Assembly: GCA_051294375.1 (NCBI GenBank)
Contig: JBJCIZ010000530.1
Location: 1-7,897 of the forward strand
DNA from: Paraspadella gotoi
Lineage: Eukaryota; Animalia; Chaetognatha
DNA: 7,897 nt
Reading direction: 5' to 3'
This document shows, piece after piece, positions 1 to 7,837 of this stretch. The first letter of the stretch is position 1; every line of letters starts with the position of its first letter. A program made the position numbers and the translations under genes. The notes beneath the pieces were generated by a model, which was given only the letters and a program-made list of their open reading frames with translations, ran no database searches and was not told where the DNA came from.

Positions 1-100
1 AAAATATTTATATTATTATTTATTATTATTATTTTATTATAATTATTATTATGTATTATTTAAATTAATTTATTAAATAAAAAATAAAATTATTTTTTTT
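1..100. repeat. AT-rich low-complexity tract, degenerate (TAT)n microsatellite
   Basis: Almost entirely A/T, with runs such as tattattatttattattattatt. Confidence 0.85.
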
Positions 101-493
101 GATTTATACAATAATATATGACACTAATGAAAATAACGGTGGCGTTACATGTTCCGTGCATAAAAACAAATTCACTGTTCAAGTCATTATTATATTTTCT
201 TTTTTATTTTTGAAACATATAGTTTCATATGTCGATATTCAAATACTATCAATGGCAAAACTTTTTTTTGTTTTTTAGATCATGAACGGAATATTAGGTG
301 AGAAGATGATAAATTTTTTAAAAAAAAAGTTAACTTATTCATATTGTAGTTCTAAGAATTCGTCAGATAGAAACAAAAATAAAAAAAAATAATAGTACAC
401 ATACGTTAGTGTTATGTCGTAAATAGATAGAGAAAAAAAAACCTCGACTTGTAAAACTTCGATCAGGAAGGTGGTGCTAACTATAGCGCTTAC

Positions 494-523
494 CAATGGC
501 ATCCTCGTCCATGCGATTGTTCT
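494..523 (-). CDS. Candidate 30-nt frame-preserving microexon (xNNRMDEDAIx), host gene unknown
   Basis: Minus strand reads ttgctag|AGAACAATCGCATGGACGAGGATGCCATTG|gtaagc: AG acceptor, good GTAAGC donor, length divisible by 3, GC-richer than the flanks. The polypyrimidine tract is poor and I recognise no homologue. Confidence 0.25.
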
Positions 524-3440
524 CTAGCAATAATTTTTTTTTATATTTAATACATTGAAAGGGAAAAAAAGAAAATTTTCAGAATGCAGGTTGTATAAGC
601 AGGTAACAAGATAATCATCTGGACATTAGACTGACTTTTAGATAACGGCATGACCTTTCATATCTTGTGAAATGGGGGCAGTAAAGATATCTCTAAAAAA
701 TTCATCATTTAAGTCAGGTCCATGAACCTTCTATGGGCTTATACGAGAAATATTTTTTATTAATATAAAATGGATGATAAATAATAGAATTAAAATTCCT
801 GCTATAATTAAAAGAAATTAATCGAATACACATTAACAGCAAATGATGTCTTGCTTTGTCAAATATATTGCCAGTTATATACATTTTTTAAAACTCCTAT
901 TTATACATAAACAAGCTGTTGTGTCAGTCTTTTAGTTTGCAGAGTTAAAAGATAATGAAAAATACAGATTTTTATTTTAACAGACCAAGAAGGTAGATGT
1001 CCAGACTGTTTATATAAAGCTGAAACATCTTTGTATTATTATCATTTTCTGATATTTAAAAAAAAACTATTTTGTCAGCTTAGCAACACATAAATTTTTT
1101 GCATTGGTTGTTATACTTAACTAAAAAAAAAATTAAGCTAGTTTTATGGAAACCGATTAAAAAACATTTAATAATAATCAAAAATGTAATTCAGTCTTAT
1201 CACGTTTTTCAAATTACTACATAAAGAAAAATAAAAAATTCATAATGCCTTCCATTGCAAATTTATTAAAGCAAAAACCATGTTTTATCACTTTGTAACA
1301 CTGATGATTAAACCAAAAGCTGTGTAAAATTTATGACTTTTAATTTAATAAAACTTTTTAGAAAGTCGTGGTCCCAGCAATGTATTATATGGAGGGACGC
1401 TTTATAAGTCGCCTTATTTGAAGCCGTGATCACAACACTCCATGCTTGCTTATGCTCATGCCTTTTTCTTTTCAAAGTTGATTTAAAAAATAACTTTATT
1501 CCACCTACGGCCCAGTTAACAAATCTTTGTTAATTAAAATTTTTGGCAAAAGCCAGGAGTATCTCATCTCTATTTCTGCTTATTGTTACATACTTAATAT
1601 TTAAAATAAACTTGAAGATAAATATGATTTTTGTTCATTACGTAGAGATAGTATCAGCTATTCCGAGTACCGACCAATCGGTATAATAATTGATTTATTA
1701 TATTTCGCCCAAAAAAAGCGCCTAATTAAACAAAGTTGAAATTTTTCAAATTGTTGAAAAAATTTCCGCCACAACGCTAGTTGCTCATTGAGAATATCGT
1801 GTTTGCTATAGAAAATCAAGAAATGAAAAAAAATAAAAAAAATCAGCCTCTAGAAAAATTAAAGGCTATGAGCTGATTTTATAGAATTGAAGAAATTTTT
1901 TTCCTAACATCGAATCCATTATTCTCATAGTATTGCAAAAATATTTTTTCAAATGCATGTACAATGCATATTTTTTTTTATTTAAATTTAAAATGTTTTT
2001 TATTGATGTTGTTTTTGTTTGAATCGAATTGAAAAAAAATGAAAAATTATAGTAATCTATATAAGAGTTATTTGTGAATATCCTGATCTAAAATATTAGA
2101 TAATTAAGAACACAAGGGGACTAAGCAAGATTGAAAACTTCCCATTCATAAAAAAAAAAAAAATAATTTGTGCAATTAATTGTTATATTTAGATTAATTG
2201 ACTAATTACAAACATTGATGATTCATATAAATTGAGGAAATGATGGCCGTGAAAAAATATTCATTTGGCTCTCGGTAAACTATTGTAAGTTAATCGTTTA
2301 AAGGTTTGTTTATAAATAATTATAATAATTTTTTTTGCATTTGATAAAAAAATGTACTAAATTTTTGTAAGCGTTTCAGAAGCTATATTGCTTCATGGCT
2401 TTTTTACTAATTTTGATCTTAGGTAGCTTTTTGTTTCGATGGTCATAGGTTTCATGGTCAGCACACGAGTAATGCGCCAGTAGTGTCATATCGCAATCAT
2501 ATTAACCAAAAGTATACATCAATTAATTTGGTTCAAGAAAACAATTTTAAAGGGACAAAATACAGCACAGAAGACAGTAACCAGCCGTACGTTATTTTCA
2601 ATTGATGTCCATACTAATAATGATATGATTTATAATATATATACATATATATTATATAATATTTATAAAAAATCTTAAAAAATTTATTTTTTCATAGGCA
2701 TTTTGAAGACTAGCCACAGAAAGCAACATTTTTTGTCTCGTGCGACATTTTTGTTTTTAAATTAAAGTATTTATTGGAAGCTTTTTTTAAATTTTTTGGT
2801 GCATATATTGAGAAATACCGCATATTTGAATTAAGAACCAGCAGCATTCAATAACATGATTTGAAAAATAGTAAACATCATACACTAAGGAGTCTACGTC
2901 GTTCTAGAATATCGAGAAGAAACTTTTTTCAATGAGAGATTTTCATTAAATCTGACTACGCAAAATAGATGATCAGACGCCCCTGGAAAAATTTAAGGTA
3001 ATGCAGTAATGTAATAAACACTCGTATTCGACCTGTTACATCCAAAGAGGCTCCGCAATTTTTTTTCATCTAACAATTATTACCATAGATTTGATGCATG
3101 CAAACATTCAGATTTCAATAAGACTGGGTCACTCGGGAAAATATTTTGACGCATATTTATACTAATACAAATAAAGGATTTACATCAACATATTCAATAC
3201 AATGTTCAACGCATTTAACGAGTATGTTGTCATTTACAATAAACTCAATTCAAGGTAGGATCGCGATTAGCATAATGTCTGAAGAGTGCTGCTCAAATTT
3301 TTCTTGACACTATTTTATTTGGTTATTTAACATGATACGATCATGTAAGTGAATTAAATCGCATAGTTGCTGAAAATTTTTATATATAATATAGACAATA
3401 AAAGTAAAAGTAAATAAGAGGAGCAGTAATCGATCAGATC

Positions 3441-3674
3441 AAGAGTTTTCAAACACGGGAGTCAGATTCCGGAAAAAATCTTATAATGGCGAAATCTATC
3501 CAAAGAAGGAGGGTGAATTTTGCCGAAGAATTTGGTTAATATTTTCATAATTATTTATGGTCGGATTTTTTTGAAACTTAACAATAGCAATATTGCACAT
3601 CAATCCTACCATTGTCGCAGTGCATAAGAATATATTAAAAAAACCATCCTGACATTTTTCGTGCGAGCTTAGTC
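3441..3674 (-). repeat. Decayed inverted copy of the internal part of the element at 5984-6331 (left arm of outer inverted repeat)
   Basis: Aligns by eye to the reverse complement of 6115-6331. Shared blocks: AAGAGTTTTCAA, TCAGATTC, TCCAAAGAAGG, TTTGGTTAATATTTT, CAATATTGC, AGAATATATTAAAAAAACC, GAGCTTAGTC. Confidence 0.9.
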
Positions 3675-4498
3675 GCCATACAATAACAGTTTGCTTTGCT
3701 GATCATAATTGTGATCAAAATATGAAAAAAAATAAAGGCTATGTACTATGCAGTTGTTGAACACACTATAAAACCAGTATAAATATTATGCTATTATCAA
3801 GCTTAATTAAGTAATTAGCAAAGAATTATCAATTTTGCTTTTATTTGCATCATGATAGAGAAGAACAATGACAGAGTTTTGGATATTAACTGTAACTAAT
3901 ATGTATGGTATTTGGTTCTTATTTCAAGCGTCCAAAGCAGGAGGTTTATCTATAGTAATAGGAGATAAAAGACGGGCCAGACAGTCCATTTAAATAAATA
4001 CGGATCATTTTGGGCATTGATAAAATGGAATATTCGATCAGCGCTCTACCATCCATGAATGGCTTCCAAGACGCTCAAGTCTTCGATCATGCCATACAAT
4101 TGACATAATTTGTATTGGCGTCTTAAGACATATAAGCAGTTTTGAATAGAAGTGAAATTTAAAAAGAAATAGCTTGACTTGATCGGAGCTTCGATTCGAA
4201 CGATGCTCATCTCTATTCCTTTTATTAATTTTCCCTAAAATTTTTTTTTGTTCGCTTACGGCGAGTTCAAGAGGATAAAAAGACCTTTCAACTGGTTACT
4301 GAAATTCATGGATATGTCTCACGATATGGCCCGCACGAAATGAGAACAGTCTTCTTGAAAATCCTTGAACGTATTTAGTTGTTTTTACTCTCCTTTTTGA
4401 TTAAATATGTCTTTTTATCAAAAATTTTAGATTCTATTGATACCGGACTCCAATATTCTGCTGACAATGGTTTTACAGCGGCAACTATACCTTATCAA

Positions 4499-4897
4499 GA
4501 CATTTGCTTTGAAAAAATTTTTGAGAGTCTTTTCTTTTCTCTCTCTCTCTCACTGTCTCTCTCTCACTCTCTCTCTCTGATTTTCATCCTACTCATCTGC
4601 TTCATCCTCCTCATCCTCCTCATTCTTACTTACTCTTTCCTACCATAGAAATGATTTGAATTTAGAATGCAATGTCTAATAAAATAAACCAATCTCGATA
4701 TTTTGTAATAAAAATCTTTTTATGCAATAGTAATTAGGAATTAATTGTTGGAAAAAAAATTGAGAAAAAAGTTAGAAAAAAAATGAAGGAAAAAGAAATT
4801 TTAAAAAAATCTGAAATTTAAAAAAACGGTAAAGAAGATTCCGAAATATTTTTGTTTACTCGATTGTAAAAAAATATACCCCATTTTATGCGTGATG
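4499..4897 (+). repeat. Left arm of inner ~380-400 bp inverted repeat
   Basis: Reverse-complement match to 5418-5793, including the identical blocks TAATAAAATAAACCAATCTCGATATTTTGTAATAAAAA, GAATTTAGAATGCAATGT, GGAATTAATTGTTGGAA and TGATTTTCATCCTAC. Confidence 0.95.
4528..4640 (+). repeat. Imperfect (CT)n microsatellite plus short CATCCTCCT repeats inside the left inner arm
   Basis: tctctctctctctcactgtctctctctcactctctctctct followed by catcctcctcatcctcctcat; a shorter GA-rich counterpart lies at ~5695-5770. Confidence 0.85.
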
Positions 4898-5040
4898 AAC
4901 TGCCTAATTTTAGAAATAAGTATGTTTGAATATTTATGGTACAGATAATTTTTAAAGATCGAATTCCTTATAAGAATCTTCATGTCCATTTTACTTACAC
5001 AAAAGATTTTAGGTAAGACCGCCACATTATCTGAATATAA

Positions 5041-5370
5041 TTTTTTTTTCTTCATACGCTTTCCTGATTATTTTTCTACCTCTTTCTTCTCTTACTTTAT
5101 ATTTTCCTCTTCCTCTTTGCTTCCGTCTTACTTCTCATGCTGTCACTTACCATTTTTTGGCCCTACCCTTTTTTCTGCCCATTCATGCACTTTCCTCACT
5201 TTTTTTTCATCTTCATTCTTCCCTTCTTTTCCCTCTTTTCTCTCCCATTTTTCCCCTCGTTTCTTACTTACAATTGTTTTCCCATTTGCCTTCGTTTTTT
5301 TGCCTTTCACCCTCTCTCTCATTCTCTCTCCTTTTCCTTTTCTTGTTTCCCTTTCCTATATCCTCTCACT
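5041..5370 (+). repeat. Polypyrimidine (C/T-rich) low-complexity tract
   Basis: About 330 nt dominated by C and T on the + strand. It accounts for three overlapping F/S/L/P-rich ORFs in all three + frames. Confidence 0.9.
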
Positions 5371-5417
5371 ACATTTAATTGAGCAAATCAAAGAAAATAT
5401 TTAAAATACATTTATAA

Positions 5418-5793
5418 CATCACCATAAAACGAGGTATATTTTTTCACAATTGAGGTAAACAAAAAAGATTCAGAATGCTTCTTACTGTTTTTTTAAATT
5501 TAAAATTTTTTTTGGTAATTTCTTTTCCTTAATTTTTTTCAAAACTTTTTTCTCAATTTTTTTCTTCCAACAATTAATTCCATATTACTATTTAATAAAG
5601 TTTTTTTATTACAAAATATCGAGATTGGTTTATTTTATTAACATTGCATTCTAAATTCCAAAAAATGTCTATGGTAAGAAAGAAGTTAGTAAGATGGGGA
5701 GGATGAAGCAGATAAGTAGGATGAAAATCATAGAGAGAGAGAGACAGTAAGAGAGAAAGAAGAGAGACTCTCAACAAGTTTGCAAACAATGTC
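5418..5793 (-). repeat. Right arm of inner inverted repeat
   Basis: Reverse complement aligns colinearly with 4499-4897, from GACATT (outer end) to GTGATG (inner end). Confidence 0.95.
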
Positions 5794-5807
5794 GGATCTG
5801 CCTACAA

Positions 5808-5882
5808 TAATTAATTAATTAATTAATTAATAGATTAATTAATTAATAGATTATTTAATTAATTAATTTTAAATAATTAATT
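5808..5882. repeat. (TTAA)n self-complementary microsatellite with TAGA interruptions
   Basis: taattaattaattaattaattaatagattaattaattaatagattatttaattaattaatt. Confidence 0.9.
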
Positions 5883-5983
5883 ATATATTTATATTCAGCT
5901 TGTCATCACGATGTCTTAAAATTGGTCGGGACAGTTATTAAATGTTTTGTTTACATTTTATCAAAACAAAATAATATCCTCTA

Positions 5984-6331
5984 TTATCGAGCTAGGCGGG
6001 CAAAGCCCGTCCTGGCTAGATTTGATTCGGTTTTAGCTTTTTGGTCACGCTTTTTTTTGCAATCATGGCTTCTGAAATGTGATATCATAGGGAGTTGAAA
6101 TTTCATATATGTAGGACTAAGCTCTGACGAACAAAGCCCGAGGTTTTTTTAATATATTCTATGCCGGCCAAGGTAGAATGATGGCAATATTGTTAATTAT
6201 TAAGTTTTCGAAAAAATCCAACCGATATATAGAAAAAAATATTAACCAAAATCTTTGGAAAATCCACCCCTTCTTTGGAAGATTTTGCCATAGAAGATTT
6301 TTCCCGAATCTGATCCCGGTTGAAAACTCTT
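5984..6331 (+). mobile_element. Non-autonomous Helentron-associated (HINE/DINE-1-like) element, 5' part; right boundary uncertain
   Basis: Begins TT-ATCGAGCTAGG-CGGGC-AAA-GCCCG-T-CCTGGCTAGAT, a terminal sequence with an adjacent inverted copy as in DINE-1/HINE 5' ends. A related terminus occurs at 6947 and a second copy of the body at 3441-3674. No transposase ORF. The class assignment is inferred from architecture. Confidence 0.6.
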
Positions 6332-6341
6332 AGAATTCTCT

Positions 6342-6741
6342 AGCTTCTTCACTCAGCTTTCCTACCGGCTACAAAATTTCATCGCAATCTATCATGGGTT
6401 AAAATAAATAAAAAGATTCAAGTAAATGTGACTCATATTTTTTTCATTTAAACTCATTTCCACTGGTACGTTTCCACTGAAACTTTATATCAAGCTTCGT
6501 CACACATTTTCCTGACCCACACACAAAATTTCAACTCAATCTATCCATCCAGATTATGATAATTAGGTATTTATGGTTAAAATAAGTAAAAAGATTTGTA
6601 AATTCGACTTATGTTTTTTCCATTTAAACTAATTCCCACTCACACGATTCCATCGAAAAATTATATCCAGCTTTATCACTCACTTTCCTACCCACACACA
6701 AAATTTAATTCCAATCCAACCAGCCAATCACGAGTTATTGG
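6342..6741. repeat. Diverged tandem array of ~2.4 units (151 bp, 176 bp, partial)
   Basis: Units start at AGCTT (6342, 6493, 6669) and all share TTTCCT..ACAAAATTT..CAATC. Units 1 and 2 also share GGTTAAAATAA.TAAAAAGATT and CATTTAAACT. Unit 1 lacks a ~27-nt segment present in unit 2. Confidence 0.9.
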
Positions 6742-6830
6742 ATCTTAGGATCGCCATCGTCGGCGTCATCGTCGCCGCCGCCATCATCGTCCCGGTACCT
6801 AACTGGATAATGAAATTGAGAATGGTATAA
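6342..6830 (-). mobile_element. Probable HINE/DINE-1-like element on the minus strand carrying internal tandem repeats
   Basis: Minus strand starts TTATACC (DINE-1-like start) at 6830, followed by a GC-rich trinucleotide-like microsatellite (6751-6791) and then the tandem array. Terminus-microsatellite-central tandem repeat is the known HINE order. The expected terminal inverted partner is not visible. Confidence 0.45.
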
Positions 6831-6946
6831 ATATGTTATTGTGATAATTATAAGCCGTGACCTTTTGTTTAACTTATTTAATACTGGGAATGAGTTTGAC
6901 TAAATCATTGTATTGGGGTTTATTAAAATAATTTGTCTTGCTTTTG

Positions 6947-7200
6947 TTATCGAGCCTACCGGCGAAGCCGGTTCAGGCTCGATATTGATTCGGGTCAGCA
7001 TCTTTGTGACGTCGTCGTCGTCGGCGTCATGCTTTTTTGTATAAAAACTACTACGCTTTTATAGTTTTGGCTGGGACTTACCATTTTTTTTTTAATAAAA
7101 AATATTATGAATTACGATGAAGTTTTATAAAAGTGTGCGATCATAGTAAGTTAATAAAAAAATTTAGATATGGCTTTTCATCTTGAAATAGCTCTGATAT
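6947..7200 (+). mobile_element. Non-autonomous HINE/DINE-1-like element, 5' end; right boundary approximate
   Basis: TATCGAGCCT-ACCGGC-GAA-GCCGGT-TC-AGGCTCGATA hairpin (6948-6984) next to a T-rich flank, then TTGATTCGG (also in the 5984 element) and a (GTC)n microsatellite at 7011-7022. Confidence 0.65.
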
Positions 7201-7652
7201 TTTATTATTACATTTGGATTTAAGTATTTTTTGTTTGAATTTCCACCTCATTATGATTTACTGCAATATGCAAATGAGATTATAGTAATCATTATAATAT
7301 CCAAATTAGTATATAGAAATGCTTCAATCTAATTTACATATTGCAGTATATAATATTGAAGATGACATTCAAAAAAAATTTTTAAAATCTATAATAAAAA
7401 TGGGAAATCAAAGGACCTTTTTAATGAGAAGCTATATCTTAATTTTAATACAAATAAAAATAAAATCTTTTACAAGCTATGGAAAAAATTGTAACAATAT
7501 CCAATTGTAACATTTTTTTCTTTTCTTTTATTTCTTTAAATTATATATGTATTTTTCTTTTTATTTTTGTCAGTTGCTGCCTCTTCTGAACCCTTTAAAA
7601 ACGAGTTCAGGCTCTGCAGTGATTGTACAACTGCCTTCTAGCGGCTGTCCAG

Positions 7653-7740
7653 CTTTCTCTCTTTCTCTCTCTGTCTCTTTCTTTCTTTTTTTGTCTTTTT
7701 CTGTCTCTCTCGCTCTGTCTCTGTCTATTTCCCTCTCTCT
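7653..7740 (+). repeat. CT-rich imperfect microsatellite (GAGA-type on the minus strand)
   Basis: ctttctctctttctctctctgtctctttctttc...tctgtctctctcgctctgtctctgtct. Confidence 0.85.
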
Positions 7741-7837
7741 GTACGATCTCTTGCGTGATCGTTTTTTAAAAAAATTTGATTATTTTTTTCCTTTTAAAAA
7801 CTTTTATTTCCGCTATTTATTCTGCGCTTTTTTCTCA

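Noticed and set aside
1668-1880. Small hairpins TACCGA-CCAA-TCGGTA (1668-1683) and AAAATCAGC...GCTGATTTT (1839-1880)
   Set aside because: Short stems compatible with chance or decayed transposon remnants; no element boundaries can be defined.
3675-4100. 10-bp direct repeat GCCATACAAT (3675-3684 and 4091-4100) as a possible TSD where outer-arm homology ends
   Set aside because: No terminal inverted repeats inside, homology does not clearly resume after 4100, and 10-mer matches are expected by chance in 8 kb.
4379-4648. 89-aa ORF with SLSLSL and a hydrophobic tail
   Set aside because: Starts at TTG and runs through the (CT)n microsatellite of the repeat arm. The homologous arm does not preserve the frame.
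4801-5055. 84-aa minus-strand ORF
   Set aside because: K/I/F/N-rich translation of AT-rich DNA that overlaps a repeat arm; no recognisable domain.
4982-5404. Three overlapping F/S/L/P-rich ORFs (140, 81 and 73 aa) that look like membrane proteins
   Set aside because: All three frames are open only because the pyrimidine tract lacks stop codons.
5592-5789. 65-aa minus-strand ORF
   Set aside because: Lies wholly in the right inverted-repeat arm; the partner arm has frameshifting indels.
4499-5793. Inverted repeat as a fold-back (missed-adapter) sequencing chimera
   Set aside because: There is a ~520 bp non-palindromic spacer, and symmetry stops at the arm ends rather than continuing outward as a chimeric read would. 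Read mapping is still needed to exclude it fully.
5986-6984. GC-rich hairpins as rho-independent terminators, tRNA fragments or CRISPR repeats
   Set aside because: Eukaryotic repeat context, no upstream genes or immediate U-tract, no cloverleaf, and only two diverged copies ~960 bp apart with no spacer periodicity.
7319-7510. 63-aa ORF
   Set aside because: Background AT composition with no motif; this length is expected by chance.
7569-7778. Minus-strand R/E/K/D-rich open frame (KRSRKRSYREREIDRDRARE...)
   Set aside because: Translation of a GA microsatellite; no ATG or convincing acceptor after the upstream stop.
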